DNA from: Raillietiella orientalis
Lineage: Eukaryota
Direction: 5' to 3'
Length of the DNA: 64,000 nucleotides
Assembly: GCA_036172245.1 (NCBI GenBank)
Contig: JAYWIR010000026.1
Location: 2,914,001 to 2,978,000, forward strand
Shown here: one piece after another, positions 12,563-25,398 of the stretch
Position numbering within the stretch: position 1 is the first letter of the stretch
Layout of the letters: each line of letters starts with the position of its first letter
Translations under genes and position numbers: made by a program
Notes under the pieces: generated by a model
The model's input: only the letters and a program-made list of their open reading frames with translations
Told to the model about the DNA's origin: nothing
The model's database searches: none

Positions 12563-15330
12563 TTTTACCCTGTTTGAATTGCGAAGGGGAGAGTTTGTTT
12601 ACCTTAACACCTTCAGTATTCTCACTTTTTCTCACTTTTCTCAATGTTCTGGAATCATTTGAAAAATATGACAGTGCATTTAAGTTGGAGTCCCTCCACA
12701 GCTTCTGATTCCAATTTCTCTTTCCAGGAGTTCTTTCAATGTTTCCATAGCTGGCACATGGCTTATTCCTGTTCACATTTTGGCCCTCCTTTTCACCATG
12801 CTTTTAATAAAGAGGGCTATGGTAGGGCGGACCATCGGGTTGTATCGTGGTACGTTGCCATTTCCTTCGAACATTCCAACGGGAGTCTCCATCTTCCGCA
12901 AGGCCGGCAAGTCTATCACCTGCTTAAGACTAGTCCAGTCTTGGAGCAGAGATGGGCAGGTGAGTACGCGAAGTTGAATTTCTCTGGTTCCACAGGCATT
13001 GCACTTCTCCTCCTGCGGATATATGGTCCAGTGTTTAGTCCTAGCCGCTCGGAATGCCGCCGTGATAAAACATCAGCAGCTCATCCTGAGTTCCGGGTAG
13101 TAAGTCTCTCGTCCAGATCGAGGTTCACCTTGGGGCAACAGTATCGGATGGTGGCTGCAGACGTCCTCGTCCGGTTCCTTTATTATTGCTTCTCGTACGT
13201 TTTTCCTGGTTATTAGGCGCCAACAGCTGAATTCCTGATTGTTTCAGACCTCTCAATATTTGTGGGTGAATCTTCCCACTATCTATATAGTTAGCTGATA
13301 CAGCCTCATTTTTTGGCGATTGCTATTAAATGAGAACTGCTTGCACTCCTTTATGGTAATCTTTGGGTTCTCAGATATCCACTTCCTGGTGTAAGGAGGG
13401 ACGTGCAAAAATCAGAGGATAATCCTGGGAAGTTCGCCCTCCCAAATTTTCTTACTTCTAAGCACTATTTTGTGGTGCTGGGTGGCCATCAGTGACCGTT
13501 TCCGTATCCAAGTAGGGTCGATGTTTCTCCACTATCCTTGCTTGCATAGGAAGGACATCAGTCCTGTGGAATTTTGATCAACTTTGGGTTGGTTTTCTAC
13601 CCCGCATAAAGCCACTCGTCCCATTTGGTGACAAGATCCAGGAATCGTCGCACGTCCAGCAGGTGCACGGACAGTTTGAGCGACATCATCCCTGTCCAGC
13701 CTTTGTCTCGCGGTCTGCACAAGAGTTTCAGCATGACCCGCGGCTGAAACTTCCTCCACAGTATTCTCCGCTGCAGTTGTTCCACCTGCTGGCACGTGTC
13801 TTCGTGTACTCTACAAAAGGCTGCTCCGAAGAGCATCTTAAGAATGAGAACTCCGTTCCACAGGTTTGCCCTTTGCTTCAGGCAGAATTCGAATTGCACG
13901 TATTTTGCAGCCTCTTCTCTTGTTTTCATTAGGATTCCCTTCTACATTCCCTGCAAAGCCGAGACATCGCCGATGTGGACTTCCAGGTACTTGATATTAA
14001 CCAATGCTCGGAATCTTGCTTCCGCTAAGGCGGTAAGGTCCAGGATTCCGATGGGATTTCTGAGCGTTCATCTTGAAACCCAGTCCTCTTTCCATGGACT
14101 TGACGACACCGAAGAAAGAATACTGATCCATCTCGTTCTTCAGGAAGAAGGGCAGATCGTCCGCATACTCTAGGTAAGTCAGTCTGTCGTCAAGTCGTAT
14201 TCCTTCGAGACGGCCGCCACAGTGGATCAGTGAAAAAAACCGATTCCATATAAACTACGAACAGCATCGGACTAAGGTCGTCTGACGGATTCCCTTTTCC
14301 ATCATCATGTCTGCCGTATCATTTCTATTGATCGTCATCTTGCTGTACTGTCCTTCAAGATTCTTCTCCACGTAGTCGGCGAATTATTCTGGGTAGACCA
14401 GTTTTCTCAGAATCTTCATCAACCTTCCATGGCCCACGGAATGGTACGCATTCTCCATATCCGTGCATCCCACCACCAGGTTGTCGCCTCTGTAGCGACT
14501 GTGACCTAACGTTGCTTTGGCACACTTCACGTTCTCACACATGCTGCGTCCGGGCACCTCTCACGTCTGCATTGCACAAATTACGGATGGCACCGTCTTG
14601 CTTAAAAGGGTTAGCCCAGATAATGCTTAACCATTTGGCATCCGTGTTCATGATAAGGATGGGCCACCATTGGGTGACCTGAATCAGATCTCCTGCTTTG
14701 AGCAGCAGCCTCATGCGGATCTCGTGGAACGACTCGGGTAGCTTCCGTTCTTCTCGGATGTAAAGCGTGATCTCGTGGAACAACCGCAGGTAGGCGTTTA
14801 GTTACCGTTGATACTGCGAGATTGGCATGCAATCAGGGCCTGGAGCTTCGTTATTTCGAAGTCTAGCGAATGCTGCACTTCTTGGATGGAGATTTCTCCT
14901 TCTAGGCTTTCCTGCTGCTGAGGAGAGATTTGTTTTTGCAAAAATCTAAGAAAAACGTCCTGCTCGCTTCTTGACAATTCACGCTGTCGAAAATGGGAGT
15001 GTAGTGTTGATGGAAGGCCTCCGCTGTTTCTTCTAATGTATACCGAAACTGCTCTTTTTGCTGGATGCAGAAGATATCCGCTGAAAGATTTCCCTTCTCC
15101 TGCACGTCTACTTCTCCTTTTACGTTGCGGCAGACGTACTGGATCTGGTACTGGTCCCAGTGTTTGAAGAGTGAGCGATCTTGGATGATTTGCTCTCGGT
15201 ACGCTTGCTTCCTGATCTTCCTGTTTGCGAATTGCGCATTTCAGGACACGTGGATGGTTTCCTTCAATCTGTCCCAGTCCTCGACTCTGCGGATCGTTGT
15301 GTCGCGCAGGATCATCTCAAGAGTTCCTGG
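12563..15330 (-). mobile_element. Old, degenerate family B copy (ORF2 from end of APE to 3' UTR)
   Basis: EAAKYVQ...ANLWNGVL, YADD, TQWWPILIMNTDAKWL, ADIFCIQ, IRRVEDWDRLK and GMFEGNGNVP all match B ORF2, with many stops and frameshifts. Confidence 0.88.
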
Positions 15331-15439
15331 TAACAAAGAAGGGTTTGAAATCAGGAAGGCATACACATGTGTGCAGCGCTTGTGCCTACTTGCTTCCATG
15401 GCTGTCAACCCCTCAGATACCTCCTCTATTCCAACATCG

Positions 15440-15626
15440 ATGCGGTCGATCCATGGAGGCAAACATCGTTTTCGAGCGTCCCTGGATGCAGCTGCAGGAA
15501 GTCGTGGCGCTGCAAACCCTGGCTGGAACAGGAGGCGTAGCCGCAGGGAAAAAGAACAGGCGCCGAAGGCTGCAGGGAACGCCAGGTGCCTTGGCGGTCG
15601 CAGTCGACCTCCACAAGGCGTTCGAT
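15440..15626 (+). pseudogene. Family D RT fragment ending at KAFD
   Basis: GRSMEAN...TPGALAVAVDLHKAFD matches 32226-32405. Confidence 0.8.
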
Positions 15627-18600
15627 TTTCACCCGGATTTCGCCGATGCGTTTATTATAAAATAAACATTTACAAAGACGTGCAGTGGCTGGACCACTGC
15701 TCCAGCAACGAACGAAGAAACACAGAGCCTGCCGGGTCACCGGTTCGCAAACCTGTACGGTCCACCACGGCAACAGGGGGAAGGAGGAAAAAAAAAAAAC
15801 AAAATTAAAAGAAAATAAAAGAACTGGGAGGGTACGGGAAGGAATCACAGTTGCTGGTGGGGCCGTTGCATCCTTTGCAGGATGCCGGCAAGCTCTTCCT
15901 GCATACTTGCATCCAGGTGAGGCCATCGCGACGATCTCAGGAACTGGGAGGCTGGTTGGATGGCACCATGGACGCGTTTTCCCTTCCGTTGCCTTGCTCC
16001 AGGCAGTGACGATCCAGCGTACGCAGCACAAAGCTCCTAACGAGGCCGCAGGCCGTAGGGCGTCGGCAACGAAGAGGGTTTTCAGAGCGTCCCTGCGGTT
16101 GCCGCAGGGGATTACGATGGCCGCGGCAAAGCGGAACCAAAGGAGAGAAGGGCAACACAATCCACTAGCAGGTGGGAGAGGGACTCCCGTTCCCCACATC
16201 GAACGCAATTGGGGTCCACCGCTCCCCAGGTCCAATGGTGTCGGCGGGCGTTGCAGGGGAGTCCCCAGTCCTGCAACAGGAATGCCGACTCCTGCCATTT
16301 TAAGGAAAGGGTGGAGGTGTTCATAAGTATTGGGGGCCACTTCAAACGTTCAATGAGAACGTCGAGCAGCGCGCCCCAGCGAAGAAGTCCATGGGGAAAC
16401 CTACTCGGGGTGGCAGCGTCAGTCAGCTGACCCGTCATACACTCTCCTATCTTCTAGTCCTTCCCGGAGATTGTAACTGTAACCTCCCAATTCGCCGCAA
16501 CATCGCTGTCCAGATCTTCAATCAGGGAGGGCAGCGCGGCAGCGAGGGGCGTTCTTCCTGCCCACGCTCTCTTCTTTGGATCCTCCAGGATCCCGCGGAG
16601 CGTCCAACTTCTGTAACCCCCAAACAGGAACCTTCGTTCCTGTTGAAAGCGTTGCATGCCGAACTGTCCCCACGTTCAAACGGTTTTCTGCAGCCAGGCA
16701 CAACAGTTCAAAGGGCGACAGGTGACCAATCATGGGTTTTTCCGGTACAGCGCAGCCACCCTCCGGAGCTGGAGTCCGCATCAGATGACGCAGCGACGGA
16801 GTGCAAGAAATGACGTCAGACCCATCTTACCGGTGGCAAGGTGGAGGAGGAGACGTGCAGGGACGCACCAACAGGTGCACCACAACTCTGGAACAAGTGC
16901 CGACAATCGGAACTGGAGCTGAAGCTCCAGCCGCTCCAGCGTCAGGAGGCCCAGACCACCGTCCCGACGAGGAGCGCACAAGTCCTTTAAGCGGACTCGG
17001 GCACTCCCGTTGCCCCTAAGGGCGATACGGAGGAAATCCTATGTCCGCTTTTCAATTCTCTCTGTGGGGGGGCAAACGAAAAGCAGGGGGCGGAGGAGAG
17101 GAGCCGCGAACGTGTTCCAAACCGCGGCATGTTCAGGCAGGAAAAACCTGTCGCCTCGGAACGGGCCGATCGCCGTCTCTACTTTTTGGAGGCAGCAGGA
17201 CCACGCATCCGTAGGGGAGTAGTCCCCCAACGACACACCGAGGTACTTGAAGTACCTCACCGTGGGGATCCCCAAACGGACCCAGTCCTGCTGCCCTGCC
17301 CACGCCGCACCAACTGGCATCACGAACGACTTCACCCTGTTCACCGTAAGTCCGGTTCCACGATGCAGCAGTTCGAAGAACTCCTCGACCGCCGAAGCCG
17401 GAATGGACATAGGGAGCAGCAGCAGAAGGTTTTCCGCGTATGCTGAAACGACCGGCGTACCGGCACAGTCGTGTGGCAGGTGCGCCAGGGTTCCCCTGTA
17501 CGCTCTCAGTACCAACTCAAAGTAGGTAGTGAAGAGCAAGGGGCTCAGGCTGTCTCCCTGCCGGATCCCACGCCGCACCGGCACGCCATGCACGGTCCGC
17601 CCGCTGAAACTAACGTTGATGAGCGCGTCGCGCCAGCTGGAGCGCAGATAGGCCACTAATGAGGCCGGGAAGCCCAAGCGTTACAGAAGCTCCAGAAGGA
17701 GATTCTGGTCGACTAAATCGAAAGCTTTCCGCAAGTCGACTGCGACCGCAAGGGCTCCCTCCCCCACCCGACCAACCGACCCCTTGCCAGCGCACGCACC
17801 GGAATTCCGGCTGTGCACCAAGCTCCTTTCTTGTTGGAGCTCTAGCTAGGTGGAAGGGTGGAACAGGTTCGCCTCCATGCTTCTTCCGGGAACAGCATAT
17901 GTCTGTTCCGGGCTGATGAATATGTTGGCAACCCGTCCTAACCTCTCTGCCCAAACCTAGGGCTAGCAACTTGGCGTCCGCATTCACAATTGTGATGGGA
18001 CGCTAGTTGTTCATGCTCCTCAGATCTCCTCCCTTAGGGAGGAGCCGCACCTTTGCCGAACGAAACGAGGCGGGAACGTCACCTGTTTCGCATATCAGCA
18101 AGGTGAGTTGCTGTACCAGGGGGGTAAGCTCAGCCGCGAAAGTTTGGTAAAACTCCGCGGGCAGGTTGTCCTCCCCTGGAGCCTTGAGCCTCTTGAGCTT
18201 TCCGATGGCCGAGAGGATCTCGTCCATCGTGAAAGGCTCGTCGAGGGTCTTTCTCTCCTCCTCCCCGATCGCTGGAGCGCCTTCCGGAAGCAGGTCTCGT
18301 GAGACGTTCCTCTGCGGAGGTGTCCTGGCATACAGGGAGGAGTAGTAACTCCGCAGCAGGCCGCGGATTTGGGCGGGTGCCGAGTGCTCCTGGCCCTGAT
18401 CGTCCAGCAAGCTGGCCGATCCGGACTACGAGGCTTTCCTTTCGGCTCCCGCTTTGTATTACGCCAGCCTGCGGATGTCGGGGGTCCTAGCGGAACGAAG
18501 AGTCTGCAGATTGGCTCGTTGCTTACGGACCCCGGTCCCAAAACCCGTAGGTATGCAGTGCAGAGGGAACTGGTCGCAGAACTCCTGGACCGATCGCTTG

Positions 18601-19275
18601 AAGCGGTCCCAATCCTGGAGTGTCCGCAGCCTGAAGCTCCGTATGAACGTGCGGAGATGTTCCGCCGCGTCCGAAAGCTTCAGATAGTCCCCTGGTAGAC
18701 GCCACGTTGACAAGGGGGAACACCAGTCGCGCGGATGGATCTCGAGAACTAGCGGGCGATGGTCGGACAGCTCGCACGGTAACTTGCCGCGCCTGCCCAA
18801 GCGAGGGCACAGGTGCTCGTCAAGAGACACGTGGTCGATGCTGTCCTCCATCCCCGGTGCACTGGCTAACAAATTGCAGGTGTGCACCGCCATGCACACC
18901 TCATTGACCAGGTCGCGTTCGAAATTCTGCCCATCTGGTTTCAAGCGAACGTTGAAATCGCCTGCAACCAGATGGGCATTCCGCACGCCTGCTTTGGTCA
19001 GCCAGTTGCGCCTTAGGGCAAGGAAAAAATCTTTCCTCGCCCTCCTGTTCATCAGGTCCGCGCCTCTCGGTGCGTACACGTTCTTCACGATCATATCGAT
19101 CGAGTAAGACCACCTGAGATTCAGCTGGCCGACACGATCGTGATCGTTGAACCGCACGCCCAGAGTAGCGGCCTCGACGGCTTGCCGAAGCAAGTAGGCA
19201 ACACCGCAACTTTTCGGTCTCCAACAAATGTACCATAGCCGCCCTCCGGAGATCCTTTCGATCTCTTGTCCTTCC
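15627..19275 (-). mobile_element. Family A Tx1-like element: almost complete ORF2 (APE-RT-CCHC, frameshifted) and 3' UTR
   Basis: NVYAP, AGDFN, IDHV, SDH; KAPGED, DLRKAFD, GIRQGDSLSP, YAEN, KYLG; CVRC...HLLVDC. 3' end is AATAAA...CCGGGTGAAAA. Confidence 0.92.
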
Positions 19276-20620
19276 ACAGTGCAGACGTGTTTACGCATCT
19301 CTACGCGTCCGCGATCGAGCATCTTTGTGCGTGGGTTTTCGCTCGCACTTGTGCGTTTCTTGGAAGTGGACGAAGCAGAGTTGTGCAGCATGGCCACTTC
19401 TAAGAATGATGTGGAGGAGAGAGCCTTAGAATCCAATTCAATTGGAATATAAGCGGCAGCATCCTCCGTGACGGTTTCCTCGCCTTCGGTGAGGAGTTAC
19501 GCCGCCGTCACCCCCCAGGGAGCAGGACACTGCGATGCGGAGTTGCAGGCTTATGTGGCATCAGACTACATGCCCGCCCTCCGTTATAAGGTCAGTGGGC
19601 CCCTCAACGGGAGGACCGGGCGCGAGCTCAACGATGAGCTCGTCCGGATCGGCGTTCGGGAGGAGGAGCTCCTTGCTATCATGCCTGCGGGCAGGATGGA
19701 ATACAACAAGATACAGTGTAAAAACGCGGCACATGTGCAGCGTCTTCGTACTCCGTTGTCCATCGGTGGCAAGGAAGTCCTGCCTTCCGTGATGGACGAC
19801 TCGTTTGTCGTCCAATTATGCGACGTCGAGACGGAAATCTCCGACCGCGATGTCGTAAGTGTGCTGGCAAAGTTCGCCACCGTGCACGCTCTGTGGAGGA
19901 GGCCAAATCCTCTTAAGGATTTCCCCTCTGTCCACATTGGACAAGCCTCCGCGCGGATCACCGTCGCGAACAGGCGTGTTGTGCCTGAGCAGCTGCAGGT
20001 GAACGGCACGGTCGTTCACCTGTGGTTTCTATGACAGACTCGCGCGTGCGAGCAGTGCAGCAAGGAGGGACACCCAATAAAGGAATGTCCCACCCCGAAA
20101 TGCCGCTATTGCAGAAAATCCGGGCACGAAATAAAAAAGTGCCCGGTCCTTGCAAAGAAAAGGGCAGCAGCGGAAGTTCGTCGCGTTCAAGAGACCAACG
20201 CACGAAAGGCCGCTGCCCCCAAGAAAAAGCAGTGTCCGCGAAGTCTTGGCGAAAGAGCAAAGCAATACCCGGCAATACAAAAGGCGTCCCCGCCCACAAC
20301 GCCTTAAAAGGGGGAAATCGCGGCTCGGAAACCAATTAAAAAGGGGCGCAAGGGTTCGACGCGTGCCGTGCCCACCCTCGCTGCCGAACAGGGAAACACG
20401 TCTCCAAGCCAGGAACAGGGAAATCTCCGAAGAACCTAGGTAGGAAAGGTAGGTGAGCAAGAAGATCGCCATAGGGAGAAGACTTCCAGCTCAAACCAGC
20501 TCTCCCTTCCCAAACCGGCAAACCCTCAATCCAACATAGGGATCCCTACGGCGGCTACGAAACCCGTAGTAAGCCGCGACGCGCCGCGCAAAAACACGCT
20601 GCATGCAGCCGCCCCTTTAA
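19276..20620 (+). pseudogene. Family D 5' UTR and ORF1 N-terminal part (ATG ~19390), interrupted by the B tandem
   Basis: RSYAAV, YMPALRY; CCHC knuckles CEQCSKEGHPIKEC and CRYCRKSGHEIKKC; Lys/Arg-rich tail. Confidence 0.88.
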
Positions 20621-20632
20621 CGACTCGGCAAG
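20621..20632 (+). repeat. B target site / TSD copy 1 (CGACTCGGCAAG)
   Basis: Sits between D ORF1 and the 3' tail of the truncated B copy. Confidence 0.9.
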
Positions 20633-21722
20633 TTTCCCCAAGTTCCACAAGGGGTGGGGTAAATTTATTTTTCAAAAATTTTTCTACAAAAACATTCACA
20701 CTACAGTCTTTTTCATACAATTTGCACTGTTTTTACCACTCTGAAGTCCATAAGTTCACAAGTTCTGCACTCATGGTGGGTTTCCTGCTCTTTGGTCCCG
20801 GGCGTCGTCTTCTATCCTCTTCAGGATGAATCTGTTCGTCCAGGCTTGGATTTTCCCACAGTTTCTAATGCCCATTTCCCTCTTCAGGGGCCCTTGTAGG
20901 ATCTCCATCGGTGGTGCGGTTCTCCAGGCTTTCCTCATTTTTCACCACCGCACAAGTATGGCGGTGATGAAGAGGGCGATGGACGTCCTCACCATGCGAT
21001 TCTAACAGGGAACATTACCATCCCCCTGAAACATCCCGGCGAGGATCTCCATTACGGATCTGTTCGTGAGTCCGATGGTCCTTTTCAGGATCAGCCAGTC
21101 ATGCAGCAATGTGGGACACGTCAAGACATTAAGTCTCGTGTCGTTGTCTCCACATGCCGCGCAGTGTCGATCTTCCCGTCTTCCGGTATAGTACTGCAAT
21201 CGGGACCCACTCTGGATTCCTCCATGATAAAACATCAGGAGGTCATCCTGGGTGCCCGGCGGCAGGTCACTCCTCAAGAGCATCGTGCCGATCGCTAGCA
21301 GGTTGAACCGGTCACTTCCGTAGCGATCGGCGGCTTCCTGGAGGGCACTGATGTCACGGTCTTCTTCCCGAATTAATCTTCGGAGGTTTGTTTTGAACAA
21401 CCTCGACCACGCGAAGTCGTTGTGGTTGATCCACACCTCGCGCATCATGTGGGTAAACCTTCCTAACATCATCTCTATATACCTAAGTATACGAGTGTGA
21501 TGTAGGTACACTCCCCGCCTCCACTCCTGGATTCGTTGTAGGGTAACTCTGAACCGCTGGTGGATCCAGATTCTCGTGTCCGGCGTGACAGGAAGCATCC
21601 AAGGGATCACCAGGATGGACTCGTCCTGCAAAGTTCCCTACTTCTCGGAACGATCTTGATTTTGTGCTTTCGCACCAGCCGTTGCTTCCTCGTCCAGGTT
21701 GGGTCGATTTTTTTCCATTCGC
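20633..21722 (-). mobile_element. 5'-truncated family B copy (ORF2 C-terminus + 3' UTR), tandem to the full-length copy
   Basis: ORF 21002..21631 is highly similar to the B ORF2 C-terminus (QDESILVIPW...LLMFYHGG...CPTLLHDW). Same 3' terminal sequence. Bounded by CGACTCGGCAAG (20621-20632) and CGACTCGGCAGG (21723-21734). Confidence 0.93.
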
Positions 21723-21734
21723 CGACTCGGCAGG
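21723..21734 (+). repeat. B target site / TSD copy 2 (CGACTCGGCAGG)
   Basis: Separates the two tandem B copies. Confidence 0.92.
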
Positions 21735-21868
21735 TTTCCCCAAGTCCCACAAGGGGTGGGGTAAGTTTATTTTTCTATAAAAATACAAAATTTACATTCG
21801 CACTCTCATTCACTCAATACAAACATTTTGCACTTGGGGGTCCTTGGGTTGCACTAGAGTTCTGCTTT

Positions 21869-24800
21869 TCAGGGGGGAATTCCAGCTGGATGGTCCCAGG
21901 CGTCGTCCTGGATCCTCTTCAGGATGAATCGGTACGTCCAGGCGTGGATCTTCCCGCAGTTCCTGATGCCGATTTCCCTCTTCAAGAGCCCTTGTAGGAT
22001 CTGCATCGGTGGTGCGGCTCTCCTGGCTTTCCTCATTTTCCACCACCGCACAAGTATGGCGGTGATGAAGAGAGCTATGGTCGTCCTCACCATGGGATTG
22101 TAACAGGGAACATTACCATCCCCATGAAACATCCCGGCGAGGATCTCCATAACGGACTTGTTGGTAAGTCCTATGATCCTTTCAGGATCAGCCAGTCATG
22201 CAGGAGTGTGGGACACGTCAAGACGTGAAGTCTCGTGTCGTCGTCTCCACATGCTGCGCAGTCTCGGTCTTCCCGTCTTCCTGTGAAGTGCTGCACTCGG
22301 GACCCACTCTGGATTCCTCCGTGATAAAACATCAGGAGGTCATCCTGGGTGCCCGGCGGAAGGTCACTCCTCCAGAGCGTCGTGCCGATCGCTAACAGGT
22401 TGAACCGTTCACTCCAGTAGCGTTCGGTGGCTTCCTGGAGGGCACTGGTGTCACGGTCGTTTTCTTGGATAAGCCTTCGGAGGTTTGTTCTGGTTACCCT
22501 CGACCATGCGAAGTCGTTGTGGTTGAACCACACTTCGTGGGTCCTGTGGGTAAACCTTCCTAACATCATCTCTGTATACCGAAGTATACGTGTTTGATGT
22601 AGGTAGCCTCCTCGCCTCCACTCCTGGATTTGCAGTAGGGTAACTCTGGACCGCTGGTAGATCCAGCTTCTCGTGTCCGGCGGGACAGGAAGCAACCAAG
22701 GGATCACCAGGATGGACTCGTCCTGCCAGAGTTCCCTGCTTCGCGGCACGATCTTGATTTGGTGCTTCCGCACCAGCCGTTGCTTCCTCGTCCAGAAGGG
22801 GTCGATTTTGTTCCATTTGCCTGCTCGGCCTAGCAGCGCAGTCATCAGGCCTTTCGAGTTGTTAAGCAACAACGCGTAGGCCCTGTGCGCCGCATACGGC
22901 CAGTCATCCCAGTAAGTGGCCATGTCCAGGATGTGTCGGGTATCCATGATTTCCATGGAATGTGCAAGCGACTTCATCCCGGAACCGCCTTCTTCCCTGG
23001 GACGACACAGGGGTTTCAGTCTTACTCTTGGACGATAGTGGCCCCAGAGTGTTTTTCTTTGCAGCTTGTCGAACTCCCTAGTAGTGTTCTTGTTCATCCT
23101 CGCGAAGGCCGCCCCGAAGAGCACTTTCGGAAGGAGTACTCCGTTCCATATGTTGGCATTTCGCTTCATCCCAAGGTCCGTTCGGGTGTACTTGGCTGCT
23201 TCCTTGGCCGTTTTCCCCAGGATTTCCTTCCACAGCAGCTTCGACGCAGAGCCGTCGCCGATGTAGACTCCCAGGTACTTGGCCGTGTCCACCGTACGGA
23301 ATCCACTACCCGGTAGAGTGGAGAGATCCAGTATTCCGACGGGCGAAAGCTGGCTCTTCTGGGAATTGATTTTTAAGCCCAAGCCCTGTTCCATCTGGTC
23401 CACCACATCCAGAAACGCACGCTGATTTTTCTCTCCCTTGATGAAGAAGAGTAGATCATCGGCGTATGCCAGATGGGTAAGACGCTGGCTATCGATGGTA
23501 ATCCCGCTTAGTCGTCCGCTCTTCTCGATAAAGGACGACAACGCCTCCATATAGATGACGAACAGCATCGGACTTTGCGAGTCGCCCTGTCGGACTCCTC
23601 GTTCCATCCTGATTGCTGCCGTCTCCTGGCCGTTGATCTTGATCCAGCAGTACTGGTTCTGGAGTACCGCCCTCACGAAGTTGCTGAAGTGTTCCGGAAG
23701 CCCTAGCTTCTCCAGAACCTTCAGCAGCATCCCATGGTCGATGGAGTCGAAGGCCTTCTCCATGTCAGTGAACACCAGCACCAGGTTCTCGCCGACGTAT
23801 CGACTGAGTCCAACAGTGGCCTGGGCACACTTGACATTGTCCGACATGTGTCGTCCTGGGACTGCACATGTCTGGACCGGAGAGATCAGCCTCGACATGA
23901 CCTTGTCTAAGCGGTTGGACCAGATCTTCGCCAACCACTTGGCATCGGAGTTTAGAATCGAGATTGGCCTCCATTGGGCGATCTGGGTAGAGTCGCCTCC
24001 TTTCGGCAGCAATCTCATCCGACTCTCGTAGAAGGACCGAGGTAGTCTGCCTTCTTCCCGGATGCAGAGGGTCAACTGGTGGAACAAGCGCAGGTAGGCG
24101 TGCAGGTACCGCTGATAGTGCGTGATGGGTACACTGTCAGGGCCCGCTACCACGTCCTTGCGAAGTTGCCCAAACGCAGTCTTCACCTCTTCTTCGGAGA
24201 ACTCCTCCTCCAGTCTGTTCCGCTGGAGGTCGTCGGTCCTCTTCTCGAGATAGCTCAAGAAGGCCTGTTGACTAGAGCGACACAGCTGTTGTCGCCTGAA
24301 GTGTTTCGTGTAATGCCTGTGAAAGGCATCCACGATGTCCTCAGACGACTGTCGCTTTTGGCCGTCGTACTGGATGCAGAAGATATCTGTTGCAAGATTT
24401 CTCTTCTCCAGCACGCCGACTTCCCCTTTTATGTTATTGAGGACGTACCGACTCTCGTACTGATCGAAGTACTTTGAGAGGGAGCGATCTTGGATGTTCA
24501 GCTCCCGGTACGCCTCTTGCCTCAAGCGCCTATCCCCGAACTGCATGTTCGCAAACAGGTGTATCCTGTGTTTCAGGCTGTCCCAGTCGGCGACTCTTCG
24601 GAGTGTTGTTGCCCTCAGAATCGCCTCCAGGACAGCCTGATGTCCGGGATGGGTTTCGAACCAGGCGGGCATGCTGATGAGCGCCGCCCTGGTGCCTTGC
24701 CTCCGTCGAGGATTCTCCGTTCTTAGGGAAAACCGCACCAGGGGGTGATCGGACACCGTAGTCATAGTGTCGCGAAAACCCTGGATGCGGTTCCCAAGTT

Positions 24801-25385
24801 CGGTGCTGTGCAGGACGTGATCGATTGGCTTGTGGCTTGCTGTTCGCCAGACCAGTCCGAACTCCTCGGATAGCCGTCGATACGCCGTCCTTCCTCTGGC
24901 GTCTTCCGAATAAATGATCTCATCCAAGATGTTGAGATCGCCAGCAACTATCACGACGTCCTTAGGGGCGACCTTTTGCCGGAGTGTTGCATGCAGCGCC
25001 TCCGCACAACGATGTTTTAGCCTGTGCGGCCCGTACACGTTCACCAGGATAAGGTGAACAGTCGCGGACCAGGCCAGTCGCATGCCGATGATTCGTCCGG
25101 GTTGGGGACAGAACACTTCCAGAATAGTGGGGGCTAAGTTGTTCTTTATTAGCACCGCCACACCCTTCGTGTTCCGTTCTCCTTCGTTGACGAACATCTG
25201 CCCGTTGAATCGCCGTTCTATTCGCTGGCTTATCTCGAGACCCATCCTGTGGGTCTCCTGCAGGCACACGATGTCTTGTTGTGCGTGGTCCGCACAATCC
25301 TTCTTCTTTTTCCCTGGTGGACCACACCGTTTACGTTCCAGGAGGCGATGTTTATCCTCCTGGCGGTCGATAGGGAAGAGGCCAT
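21869..25385 (-). CDS. Family B ORF2: AP-endonuclease + reverse transcriptase + C-terminal CCHC, split by two single-base frameshifts (~25275, ~22178)
   Basis: APE motifs IASWNVNG, LQETH, AGDLN, IDHVL, SDH. RT motifs PGPD-like VAGPD, WRPISILNSDAK, DMEKAFD, GVRQGD, YADD, KYLG. Zinc finger CAAC...HVLTC. Three ORF pieces (25230..25490, 22171..25269, 21869..22150) join into one protein. Confidence 0.9.
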
Positions 25386-25398
25386 AAAAGGGGAAGAC

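Noticed and set aside
15627..20620. Single element with ORF1 and ORF2 on opposite strands, or a twin-priming inversion
   Set aside because: The plus-strand ORF1 continues after the B inserts into its own plus-strand APE (28050-28840), so these are two head-to-head elements.
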